Below, in pieces: positions 1 through 11,941 of a stretch of DNA of 64,000 nt (the first letter of the stretch is position 1; every line of letters starts with the position of its first letter). Location: NCBI RefSeq assembly GCF_044704955.1, contig NC_091983.1:199330001-199394000 (forward strand). Direction: 5' to 3'. The notes beneath the pieces were generated by a model that did not search any database, was not told where the DNA came from, and saw only the letters and a list, made by a program, of their open reading frames with translations. Source of the DNA: Pristiophorus japonicus (Eukaryota). A program made the translations under genes and the position numbers.

Positions 1-331
1 GATGTGGGTAGAATGTTCCCGATGTTGGGGAAGCCCAAAACCAGGGGACAGAGTCTTAGGATAAGGGGTAGGCCATTTAGGACTGAGATGAGGAGAAACT
101 TCTTCACTCAGAGTTGTTAACCTGTGGAATTCCCTGCTGCAGATGCCAGTTCATTGGATATATTCAAGGGGGAGTTAGATATGATCCTTACGGCTAAGTG
201 AATCAAGGGGTATGGAGAGAAAGCAGGAAAGAGGAAAGAGAGAATGATCAGCTATGATCTTATTGAATGGTGGTGCAGGCTCGAAGGGCCGAATGGCCTA
301 CTCCTGCACCTATTTTCTATGTTTCTATGTT
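1..331 (+). mobile_element. CR1-clade LINE, 3' end
   Basis: C-terminal ORF2 (GRMFPMLGK..RGQSLRIRGRPFRTEMRRNFF) and 3'UTR ending in the (TTTCTATG)n tail; same family as 2627-5840 and 35870-39471. Confidence 0.9.
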
Positions 332-1340
332 TTACAAAAGGGCAGGTATTATTACGGTCCTGTAGACCATGAGCTTGGTGACAGTTTTGAGGGACTGATC
401 TTCAAACTCTCTTTTCCTCAGGCGGCTGAAGGCTGCACTGGCGCACTGGAGGCAGTGTTGGATCTCATCATCAACAGTCCACGTTGTCCAGGGCCATGCC
501 GTGGATCTTGATGTTTGGAGGGGGCAGTGCTGTGCGGCGAGGACAGACTGGTGTAGGACCTTTGTCTTATTAATGTTTAGCATAAGGCCTATGCTTTCAT
601 ACGCCTCGGTAAATACGTCGACTATGTCCTGGAGTTCAGCCTCTGTGTGTGCACAGACGCAGGCGTCATCCGCCTACTATAGCTCGACGACAGAGGTTAG
701 AGTTGTCTTGGACCTGGCCTGGAGACGGCGAAGGTTGAACAGCTTCCCACTGGTTCTGTAGTTTAGCTCCACTCTAGCGGGGAGCTTATCAACTGTGAGG
801 TGGAGCATGGCAGCGAGGAAGATTGAGAAGAGGGTTGGGGCGATGACGCAGCCCTGCTTGACTCCAGTCCGGACATGAACTGGGTCTACGATGGATCCGT
901 TGGTAAGGATCACGGCTTGCATGTCGTCGTGGTGCAGGCGGAGTATGGTGACGTACTTTTGGGGGTATCCGAAACGGAGGAGGACGCTCCATAGACCCTC
1001 GCGGTTGACAGTGTCAAAGGCCTTTGTAAGGTTGAAGAAGGCCATGTTTAAGGGCTGGCGCTGTTCCCTGCATTTTTCTTGCAGCTGTCGCGCTGCAAAA
1101 ATCATGTCCATTGTGCCCCGGAGGGGACTAAATCCGCACTACTACTCCGGGAGGAGCTCCTCGGCCACAGGGAGAAGACGATTGAGGAGAACTCGAGCGA
1201 CAACTTTCCCAGTGGTTGATAGCAGGGAGATTCCTCTGTGGTTGCCGCAGTCGGACTTATCCCCTTTTTTAAAGATGGTCACGATCACTGCATCTCTAAG
1301 ATCTCCCGGCATGCTCTCCTCCCTCCAGATGAGAGAGTAC
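332..1340 (-). mobile_element. RTE-clade LINE reverse transcriptase fragment (decayed)
   Basis: ORFs give FKKGDKSDCGNHRGISLLS, DMIFAARQLQEKCREQ, LTKAFDTV, GVKQGCVIAPTLF, broken by stops and frameshifts. Confidence 0.9.
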
Positions 1341-1378
1341 AGAGCCAGTGAAAGGGGCTGGTGGTGGGGAGGAATAAA

Positions 1379-4300
1379 GGGCCCAAGTTTCGAGCGGCGC
1401 CTAGAACGGCGCAGTCCCGACCTGGACGCCCGTTTTTCGCGCCACAAAGTGCGCCTAAAAAAAACCTCCAGATTCTCCACCTCCCTGCAGGTCTTCTGGC
1501 CCTCGGCGGAGCGCAGCACGAGCTGTAGGGGGCGGAGCTAGGTCCCTGCGCTGAAAACAGTGCCGGGACCTCTGCACATGCGCGCTACAGTGGGTGCGCA
1601 AGTGCAGTAGCTCCAGACGCCCGAAACTGTGTGGGAGGGGCCCGAAGCACGCAGCCCCTAGCCCTGGCCGAGTGGTCTCACTGGGGCTGCGTGAATAAGG
1701 CTCCTCCCACGCCCAGCTCCTGCTTCCTCCCGACCCGACTTGACTCCCGCCCCCCAGACCGGACCCGACTCCCGCACCCCCCCCACCCCACTTCTGGACC
1801 CGACCCCCGCTCTCCCCCCACCTCCCCCCTCCCCGGACCGGACCCGACCCAACTCCCCCACACCCCCCCCGGACTGGATCCGACCTGACCTCCCTCTCCC
1901 TCCCTCCCTCCCTCCCCTTCGACCCGAACCGAAACGAACCGTCCTCCCTCCCACCACCCCCCCGATGCGACCCAACGCCACCTTCCTGTAAATCTGGTGC
2001 TGGGGACGGGCCCTGCCCGAAGTCTCGGGCCCGGCCCATTCAGCCTCCCTCCCCCCCTTCTCCCCACCACCCCCCCCCCATCTCCTTTACCCCCCCTTCC
2101 CCCGCCCCAATCTCCTTCCCCCATCTCCTTCCCCCCCCATCTCCTTTCTCCGCCTTCATCCCCTTCTCCCCCCCGTCCCCCTTCTCCCCCCTCCCCCTTC
2201 CCTCCCTCTGCTCCCCCCCTCCCCTCGCTGTCAGAAACACAGACACTGACAGACAGAGAATGAGAGACACACACAGACAGACAGAGAGATAGAGACACTG
2301 ACAGAGACACACTGGAGGGGGGGCATCCCAGCACGCTGTTGGAGGGCTTCCGGTGCTGCAGTCGGTAAGTAGAAAATGTTTTATTTATTGATTTTTTAAA
2401 AAATTATTTCTTATTAAATTTTTTTGATTGATTTATTGGTTGATTTATTGATGTATTTTATCATTTATTATTGATGATGGCTCTTTATTTGTAAAACTGA
2501 AGTGTTTAATGTTTGTAAACTTCCCTTTAAACGCCCCCCTCCCCATTGCCTACGCCTGATTTATAACCAACACCTGATTTTCTAAAGTGTAGACAAGGTT
2601 TTTTCGAGCGTACAAAAATCTTCACTTAGAAACATAGAAAATAGGTGCAGGAGTAGGCCATTCAGCCCTTCTAGCCTGCACCGCCATTCAATGAGTTCAT
2701 GGGTGAACATGCAACTTCAGTACCCCCTTCCTGCTTTCTCGCCATACCCCTTGATCCCCCTAGTAGTAAGGACTTCATCTAACTCCCTCTTGAATATATT
2801 TTGTGAATTGGCCTCAACTACTTTCTGTGGTAGAGAATTCCACAGGTTCACCACTCTCTGGGTGAAGAAGTTTCTCCTCATCTCGGTCCTAAATGGCTTA
2901 CCTCTTATCCTTAGACTGTGACCCCTGGTTCTGGACTTCCCCAACATCAGGAACATTCTTCCTGCATCTAACCTGTCTAAACCCATCAGAATTTTAAACG
3001 TTTCTATGAGGTCCCCTCTCATTCTTCTGAACTCCAGTGAATACAAGCCCAGTTGATCCAGTCTTTTTTGATAGGTCAGTCCCACCATCCCGGGAATCAG
3101 TCTGGTGAATCTTCGCTGCACTCCCTCAATAGCAAGAATGTCCTTCCTCAAGTTAGGAGACCAAAACTGTACACAATACTCCAGGTGTGGCCTCACCAAG
3201 GCCCTGTACAACTGTAGCAACACCTCCCTGCCCCTGTATTCAAATCCCCTCGCTATGAAGGCCAATATGCCATTTGCTTTCTTAACCGCCTGCTGCACCT
3301 GCATGCCAACCTTCAATGACTGATGTACCATGACACCCAGGTCTCGTTGCACCTCCCCTTTTCCTAATCTGTCACCATTCAGATAATAGTCTATCTCTCT
3401 GTTTTTACCACCAAAGTGGATAACCTCACATTTATCCACATTATACTTCATCTGCCATGCATTTGCCCACTCACCTAACCTATCCAAGTCACTCTGCAGC
3501 TTCATAGCATCCTCCTCGCAGCTCACACTGCCACCCAACTTAGTGTCATCCGCAAATTTGGAGATACTACATTTAATCCCCTCGTCTAAATCATTAATGT
3601 ACAATGTAAACAGCTGGGGCCCCAGCACAGAACCTTGCGGTACCCCACTAGTCACTGCCTGCCATTCTGAAAAGTACCCCTTTACTCCTACTCTTTGCTT
3701 CATGTCTGACAACCAGTTCTCAATCCACGTCAGCACACTACCCCCAATCCCATGTGCTTTAACTTTGCACATTAATCTCTTGTGAGGGACCTTGTCGAAA
3801 GCCTTCTGAAAGTCCAAATATACCACATCAACTGGTTCTCCCTTGTCCACTTTTCTGGAAACATCCTCAAAAAATTCCAGAAGATTTGTCAAGCATGATT
3901 TCCCTTTCACAAATCCATGCTGACTTGGTCACATTTTTCCAAATGCGCTGCTATGACATCCTTAATAATTGATTCCATCATTTTACCCACTACTGAGGTC
4001 AGGCTGACCGGTCTATAATTCCCTGTTTTCTCTCTACCTCCTTTTTTAAAAAGTAGGGTTACATTGGCTAGCCTCCACTCCATAGGAACTGATCCAGAGT
4101 CAATGGAATGTTGGAAAATGACTGTCAATGCATCCGCTATTTCCAAGGCCACCTCCTTAAGTACTCTGGGATGCAGTCCATCAGGCCCTGGGGATTTATC
4201 GGCCTTCAATCCCATCAATTTCCCCAATACAATTTCCCGACTAATAAGGATTTCCCTCAGTTCCTCCTCCTTACTAGACCCTCCGACCCCTTTTATATCC

Positions 4301-6065
4301 GGAAGGTTGTTTGTGTCCTCCTTAGTGAATACCGAACCAAAGTACTTGTTCAATTGGTCTGCCATTTCCTTGTTCCCCGTTATGACTTCCCCTGATTCTG
4401 ACTGCAGGGGACCTACGTTTGTCTTTACTAACCTTTTTCTCTTTACATACCGATAGAAACTTTTGCAATCCGCCTTAATGTTCCCTGCAAGCTTCTTCTC
4501 GTACTCCATTTTCCCTGCCCTAATCAAACCCTTTGTCCTCCTCTGCTGAGTTCTAAATTTCTCCCAGTCCCCGGGTTCGCTGCTATTTCTGGCCAATTGG
4601 TATGCCACTTCCTTGGCTTTAATACTATCCCTGATTTCCCTTGATAGCCACGGTTGAGCCACCTTCCCTTTTTTATTTTTACGCCAGACAGGAATGTACA
4701 ATTGTTGTATTTCATCCATGCGGTCTCTAAATGTCTGCCATTGCCCATCCACAGTCAATCCCTTAAGTATCATTCGCCAATCTATCCTAGCCAATTAACG
4801 CCTCATACCTTCAAAGTTACCCTTCTTTAAGTTCTGGACCATGGTCTCTGAATTAACTGTTTCATTCTCCATCCTAATGCAGAATTCCACCATATTATGG
4901 TCACTCTTCCCCAAGGGGCCTCGCACAATGAGATTGCTAATTAATCCTCTCTCATTACACAACACCCAGTCTAAGATGGCCTCCCCCCTAGTTGGTTCCT
5001 CGACATATTGGTCTAGAAAACCATCCCTTATGCACTCCAGGAAATCCTCCTCCACCGTATTGCTTCCAGTTTGGCTAGCCCAATCTATGTGCATATTAAA
5101 GTCACCCATTATAACTGCTGCACCTTTATTGCATGCACCCCTAATTTCCTGTTTGATGCCCTCCCCAACATCACTACTACTGTTTGGAGGTCTGCACACA
5201 ACTCCCACTAACGTTTTTTGCCCTTTGGTGTTCTGCAGCTCCACCCATATAGATTCCACATCATCCAAGCTGATGTCTTTCCTAACTATTGCATTAATCT
5301 CCTCTTTAACCAGCAATGCTACCCCACCTCCTTTTCCTTTTATTCTATCCTTCCTGAATGTTGAATACCCCTGGATGTTGAGTACCCAGCCCTGATCATC
5401 CTGGAGCCACGTCTCCGTAATCCCAATCACATCATATTTGTTAACATCTATTTGCACAGTTAATTCATCCACCTTATTGCGGATACTCCTTGCATTAAGA
5501 CACAAAGCCTTCAGGCTTGTTTTTTTCACACCCTTTGTCCTTTTAGAATTTTGTTCTTTGTCTTGGGTTTCTCTGCCCTCCACTTTTCCTCATCTCCTTT
5601 CTGTCTTTTGCTTTTGCCTCCTTTTTGTTTCCCTCTGTCTCCTTGCATTGGTTCCCATCCCCCTGCCATATTAGTTTAACTCCTCCCCAACAGCACTCGC
5701 AAACACTCCCCCTAGGACATTGGTTCCGGTCCTGCCCAGGTGCAGACCGTCCGGTTTGTACTGGTCCCACCTCCCCCAGAACCGGTTCCAATGCCCCAGG
5801 AATTTGAATCCCTCCCTGCTGCACCACTGCTCAAGCCACGTTCTAAGTTACTTTGGAGTAAGTTTTCACTGACGAAACTTTGAAAACAGGCGTAAGTGGC
5901 CGGACACGCCCCCTTTTGAAAAAAAAATTCTGTTCCAAAGTGAAACTGTTCTAACTGACTAGAACTGGAGCAAACTAAATGACGAGAATTCCGATTTCTA
6001 AGATACTCCGTTCTACACCAGTTGCTCCTAAAAATCAGGAGCAAATCATGTGGAAACTTGGGGCC
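1379..6065 (+). mobile_element. Non-autonomous Harbinger-type element, split by a CR1 insertion (own sequence 1379-2626 and 5841-6065)
   Basis: TIR GGGCCCAAGTTTC / GAAACTTGGGGCC, 3-bp TSD AAA/AAA; near-identical to 11942-13462; ends homologous to the autonomous copy 30441-34630. Confidence 0.9.
2627..5840 (-). mobile_element. CR1-clade LINE, 5'-truncated in ORF1, near-complete ORF2 (APE + RT) with few disablements
   Basis: ORFs 4795-5583 (APE: LNARSIRNK, GITETW, MGDFN, SDHN), 3907-4794 and 2717-3910 (RT: [28 protein letters not shown]); esterase fragment at about 5700-5840. Confidence 0.95.
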
Positions 6066-6303
6066 AAACAATGGGAAGGTCTGTGATAGGGTAAAGGACA
6101 TGAGAGATTAAATGACAAAAGGGTTGAGGGTGCACGGTAAAAGGGGTGGTAATGGCACAAGTAAAGAAACAAAAGATGGGTCTGGATGAGCTGTAAATGG
6201 CAACAGCAGAATCATTACCAGCACCTGCTGTCTCAGAAAATGGGAGCAGTGGTTATGATCTGAAATTGTTGAACTCAATTTTGTGTTCAGAAGGTTGTAA
6301 AGT
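6066..6303 (-). mobile_element. Penelope-like element remnant (continues 1341-1378; target of the Harbinger insertion)
   Basis: Reverse strand ACTTTACAACC...GAGTTCAACAATTTCAGATCATAA resembles the GIY-YIG C-terminus (..EFNNFRS*) and adjacent UTR of fish Penelope-like elements; recognised from memory, not aligned. Confidence 0.5.
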
Positions 6304-6889
6304 AAAATAAATAAAAGAAAGATGGTGCTGAACCAAGGCAATGATTTTCTTAAATTAACAATTCTCATAACATCACTTCAACCAGACCCTGAAAAACACA
6401 AAACTGGGATATATTTCTGGATATTTTTGCTTTATTAGCCACTATTATAAAACTTAGCACTATTTTGTTGGCAAAGATCATCATTCATCATTATTCATCC
6501 TTTGTTTTGACAGTCCACTCATACGCCTTGCTTTAATTTGAAGGTAAAGGACAAAAGAAACTCCTCTATTTTAAGCTGTTTTCTCCTGCCTCATGTCAAA
6601 TCACATTTTATGGTAAAGATGGTGACACCTACATATTGTTTTCTTTCATTCCCTTTTACATAGGAATGTACAAGACTAGATGAGGCCACAGTGGTCCATC
6701 TTCCCGATCCAGTCTCGAGGAACTATGTTATACCGTGCTATCATTAATTTTCTCCATATACTTATCTAACTCTCTCCTAACATTGTTGGTACAATCAATC
6801 CCCATTGCCTCCCTTGGTAGTCCAATCCATACATTCACCACCCTCTTTCTCTGTAACAATGTTAAATATACTGATGATCATCTTGTCTA

Positions 6890-7122
6890 CGGAATCTATG
6901 GAATTCCCTGCCCCAGAGAGCTGTGGAGGCTGAGTCATTGAATATATTTAAGGTGGAGATAGATAGATTTTTGAGCGATAAGGGAGTAAAGGGTTATGGA
7001 GAGCAGGCAGGGAAGTGGAGCTGAGTCTATGATCAGATCAGCCATGATCTTATTGAATGGCGGAGCAGGCTCGAGGGGCCGTATGGCCTACTCCTGCTCC
7101 TATTTCTTATGTTCTTATGTTC
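6890..7122 (+). mobile_element. CR1 LINE 3' end
   Basis: NLWNSLP-coding segment and 3'UTR ending in (TTCTTATG)n; matches 29855-30077. Confidence 0.85.
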
Positions 7123-7650
7123 TACACCTTTTAGGATTTTGTACATCATAAACATTCCTAGCAAATGCAGCCTGTTCTCATAACTCAGGTGCCTAATCAT
7201 AGCTGTTAGTTTAGCAGCCCTTTGCTCCACCCTCTCCATTGCTTTCCCATACTATCAGTAACCAGAAGTGAACACAATACTCCAGATGAGGTAGCACTAG
7301 TGCTCTGTACAAGCACAGAATGATTTCCTAAAATTTGTGTTTTATTCCTCCAGCTATGCAGCCCAAGATCCTATGCCCTCTCTTTACTGCATCTGCACTG
7401 TGCTGATGGTTTCAGCGATCCATTCTTCACCACCTGCTAAACTCTCCTGGGTCATGTCTGAGGAACAACATGAGTTTGCTTATACTGCCATGGTTTATTA
7501 TTCTTTCTAATCTCATGATTGAGCATTGACCTAATTAAATGACATCTGCCACACACCAGCACAGCTCTCCAATCTATCCAGGTACTTCTGTACTTGATCA
7601 GCCTGCTCCCCATTTGCCATCCCGCCCAGTCCTATGTCATCTACAAATTC
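7123..7650 (-). mobile_element. Old, diverged CR1-clade RT fragment
   Basis: Reverse strand encodes remnants such as HLEYCVHFW, MERVEQRAAKL..LSYENRL and FVDD. Confidence 0.65.
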
Positions 7651-8074
7651 ATCCCTGCTTCCAAATCATTTTCTTGTGAACAGCGACCCGCTCAATTGTC
7701 TGCAAGTGTTGCTCTGTAGAGATACAGAATGATCTTTCGACCCTCCTTGTGATACCTCTAACAGAACAACTTAGATCCAAACTCATCATGTTACAACACA
7801 TAGCCTCATGCCTGAGTAACAGTGCTGTCTGTTCTGCATTCTGTTGCCATGCTGGGAGAGGTGACATGGAGTAGACACCAGGTTTAGAAGCTTAAATCTC
7901 CCCCACACACCTCCTCACAGAGAGCAAAAAAGGTGCGTCACCCCAAGGCAATCTCATGACGGTTAGAGTAATGATGACAAAAGTCTTAGCGGTTGTTGCC
8001 CACCTTCTTGGTTGGGGGCTGTGCATGACACAGAAATGCTAAGGCGGGATAAGGGGTGATAAAATATCTAAAAA

Positions 8075-8238
8075 ATATATTTCAAAAAGGAACTGGATAA
8101 GTACCTGAAGGAAAAAAAATTGCAGGGCTATGGGAAAAGAGCGGGGGGAGTGAGACTGGCTGAAGTGCTCTTGCAGAGAACTGGCACGGGCCCAACGGGC
8201 CAAATGGCCTCCTTCTGTACTGTAACCATTCTATGATG
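8075..8238 (+). mobile_element. CR1 3' tail fragment
   Basis: Matches 25715-25866, ending GGCCTCCTTCTGTACTGTAACCATTCTATGAT. Confidence 0.8.
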
Positions 8239-8809
8239 TACAATTTTAAGGCTACTGGGAGGCAACCATGAGTGACATGAAATAGATTAACTATTGATTA
8301 TCCCACCTTCCATCGGAGGCAAGTGCCAACCAGAGGCTCAACCTTTCCAATATCAGAAATTGATATTATCGAGGTGTATGGGTCACATAATGAGTCTCCT
8401 GCTCTTTCCTCGATTCCCTTATGGAGTTGTTCAGGAATTTGTTAAAGTTCTTCCCAAAATTGGCCACAGCTTCTTTCTGTTTTTGCCTCCCTTCAGAGTT
8501 AGCATTAATAAATTTAGAGCTGAACCAGGTTGTGCCATCCAATGGAAGCAGCGAGCACAAATAACCCTTACAACTGTTTTTCATTTATTCCCACCCCCCA
8601 CATCCAAAACAATAGTCAGTATATGTGGAGCAATGAGAGATATCTACAGCTCTGTAATGCATTATTAGAGGGACGGAGCAACAAATCTGATGGAAAACTC
8701 CCCGCCCATGCCACTGTCAAACACAGCTGGCTCTTATGAGCTGCAATGGTTGAGATTGGGAATAGATTACTTAGCACCAATTGCGGTTTGGGAATAGATT
8801 ACTCAGCAG

Positions 8810-9555
8810 TGCCAGGCAATGACTATCTCCAACAAGCAAGAGATATAACCATCACCCTATGACATTTAACGGCATTACATCACTGAAACCCCCACCATCA
8901 ATATCCTGAGGGTCATCATTGACCAGAAACTTAACTGGACCAGCTACATAAATACTGTGGCAACAAGAGTAGATCAGAGGCTGGGTATTCTGCGGCGAGT
9001 GTTTCACCTCCTGACTCCCCAAAGCCTTTCCACTGTCTACAAGGCACAAGTTAGGAGTGTGATGGAATACTCTCCACTTGCCTGGATGAGTGCCGCTCCA
9101 ACAACACTCAAGAAGCTCGACACCATGCATGAGACAGCAGCCCGCTTGATTGGCACCCCATTAAACATTCACTCCCTCCATCACCGATGTACTGTGGCTG
9201 CAGTGTGTACCATTTACAAGATGCACTGCAGCAAATCACCAAGGCTCCTTCGGCAGCACCTCCCAAACCTGCAATCTCAGCCACCTAGAAGGACAAATGC
9301 AGCAGGCGCATCGGAACACCATCACCTGCAAGTACCTCTCCAAGTTACAGACCATCCTGATTTGTAAGTATATCGTTGTTCCTTCATTGTCGCTGAGTCA
9401 AAATCCTGGAACTCCCTCCCTAACAGCATTATGGGAGTACCTTTACCACATGGCCTGCAGCGGTTCACCACCATCTTCTCAAGGGCAATTAGACATGGGC
9501 AATAAATACTGGGTCTTGCCAGCAACACCCATATCCCATGAACAATTTTTTTTTA
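8810..9555 (+). mobile_element. CR1/L2-group LINE 3' portion (family 2)
   Basis: ORF 8957-9367 YKAQVRSVMEYSPLAWMSAAPTTLKKLD; homologous to 9985-10855. Confidence 0.85.
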
Positions 9556-9611
9556 AAGCACTAGCTGAGATTGGGAATAGATTACTCAGCAGCATTGGCA
9601 TAGATGTTATA

Positions 9612-9745
9612 AACAAAAAACTGCCAATGCTGGAAATCTGAACCAAAAACAGAACATGTTGTAAACACTCAACAGGTCAGGCAGCATCTGCAGAGGCAGG
9701 AGGAAGTTGATAGTTCAGGTGTGCAACCTTCATCAGAACTTCAAC
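9612..9745 (-). mobile_element. Penelope-like terminal repeat with degenerate minimal hammerhead ribozyme
   Basis: Reverse strand AAGTT-CTGATGA-AGGT-tgcac-ACCT-GAActatcAACTT; related degenerate copies near 14010-14110 and 14600-14665. Confidence 0.55.
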
Positions 9746-9984
9746 AGCATTTAAAAAGGGAACTGAACAAAGGAGTGGAAAAACACATACGCGCACACGC
9801 GAGCGAGAGAAGAAATAGAACATGTAAAGTGATGAGAGTAAAACAATATGGTTAAATGACAGAACTGATATTAACATGAGACAATAGGAGGAATATTGAG
9901 AGAAATTAAGTAAATACATTTATGAGACCAGAGAATGTGGGAAAAAGATGAACTGGGGGTAAGGTAAGTAGAAATGGAAGCACA

Positions 9985-10855
9985 GCCCCAGGACATCGCT
10001 GCAGGAGTTCCTCAGGGCAGTGTCCTATGCCCAACAATTTTCAGCTGCTTCATCAATGACATTCCCTCCATCATAAGGTCAGAAGTGGGGATGTTCGCTG
10101 ATGACTGCAGTGCTCAGTGCCAATTGCAACTCCTCAGATAATGGAACAGTCCATGCCCACATGCAGCAAGACCTGGACAACAAGTCAGGCTTGGCCGATA
10201 AGTGACAAGTAACATTCGTGCTACACAAGTGTCAGGTAATGACTATCTCCAACAAGTGAGAGTCTAACCACTGCCCCATGACATTCAATGGCATTACCAT
10301 CACCGAATCCCCCACCATCAATATCCTGGGGGTCAAACATTGACCAGAAACTTAGCTGGACCAACCACATAAATACTGTGGCAATAAGGGGTCAGAGGCT
10401 GGGTATTCTGCGGCACGTGTCTCACCTCCCGACTCCCCAAAGCCTTTCCACCATCTACAAGGCACAAGTCAGCAGTGTGATGGAATATTCTCCACTTGCC
10501 TGGATGAGTGCAGCACCAACAACACTCAAGAAGCTCGACACTATCCAGGACAAAGCAGCCTGCTTGATTGGCACCCCATCCACTACCTTAAACTCCCTCC
10601 ATCACCGGCGTACCGTGGCTGCAGTGTGTACCATTTACAAGATGCACTGTAGCAACTCGCCAAGGCTTCTTCGGCAGCATCTCCCAAACCCTCGATCTCT
10701 ACCACCTAGAAGGACAAGGACAGTAGATGCATGGAAACACCACCACCTCCACGTTCAAGGCAGCGGCTCACCACCATCTGCTCAAGGATAATTAGGGGTG
10801 GGCAATAAATGCTGGCCTTGCCAGCGACACCCACATCCCATGAACGAATAAAAGA
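9985..10855 (+). mobile_element. CR1/L2-group LINE RT 3' portion (family 2)
   Basis: [13 protein letters not shown] and ORF 10288-10791. Confidence 0.85.
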
Positions 10856-11116
10856 AATGTGACAAAGCAGAGCTGGCCATCTTGTCACTCAAGTACCAAG
10901 CCTTACCCCTCCAAGAAATGCAGTCTACCAATCCCACAAGCAGCACTGCCCGAGGGAGCTTTCATTAAAGTCTGAAGTTATTTTAGTCATTATTAAAACC
11001 AGAGGGCTGTAAAGTGCCCTCCAACAGAGAGAGACGATGCTATTCCTTGATATAATGTTGACAATGGAAGTTAATTATTCAAAAGAAAATTAGATAGATT
11101 TCTTGCAGAAAATCAT

Positions 11117-11813
11117 AGCCCAGACTGGGACGGGGCGCCTCGTGGCGTGCCCTGTTATTTTTCCCTCACCCTTCAGTTCGAAAACTTATTGCCCTGGAAG
11201 TGAGTGCTGCTAATGGTATGGCAAGTGCAACGGAGCATCTGGGGCCTTGGTGAATGATGGGACTAACAGTGAATCTCTTTTCCAATGAGATTTAAGGATT
11301 GAGAAACACTGAGGGAATGACAGAGGAGGAGAGTGAATGAGAGTCAAATCAGGTACGGAATGAAAAATAAAATAGGAAAGATTGGATTAAGAGCAAGAGG
11401 AAAAAAAGAGACAGATAGGAAAAGAAAGACATTTTTTTTTAAATTGAGAAATTTAAAATGTAAAAATTAACAATAATGTACTACCTACAGTATTATAGTC
11501 CAGTTTCAATTGTTTCCTTGCTGGGCCAGAGAGGTTAATTAGCAATGATAACATAAATCTCAAAATCTAAAAAGGTACAGTTAATTACCAGCTCTAATGT
11601 TCTGTGGCAAGTTTAATTAGCAATTAATGCAGCAACTTCACAATACACATAGGGTGGTTGAGGGTGAGCCGCATTTTCACGAGGCTAACAGCAGCCAATG
11701 GAAAATCGTCCAGCCGCTTGTGGCAATTCACAATTCATGGGGTACCTCTTCTTCACATTAATAACGGCGAGCACCATTAAACTCGCTGTTATTTTGGCAG
11801 CAAATTCTGGGCC
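11117..11813. mobile_element. Older Harbinger-like MITE (degenerate left end)
   Basis: Right end GCAAATTCTGGGCC resembles the GGCCCRRAWTTT TIR class; internal 11220-11300 is homologous to 41010-41090. Confidence 0.5.
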
Positions 11814-11941
11814 AATATTTTGGGATACAGTACGAGTAATTTGAGGTATGACATGTGGTAAGTGTTGCATGTTTAGGAAGAACAGGTGACTTTGGATCCA
11901 TGGATCCCAAAGCTCTCCACTGGCCTGAATGGAGGTCCTAT

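Noticed and set aside
1455-2334. Long Gly-rich and Pro-rich ORFs (also 12163-12996)
   Set aside because: Artefacts of low-complexity C-rich repeats inside non-autonomous Harbingers.
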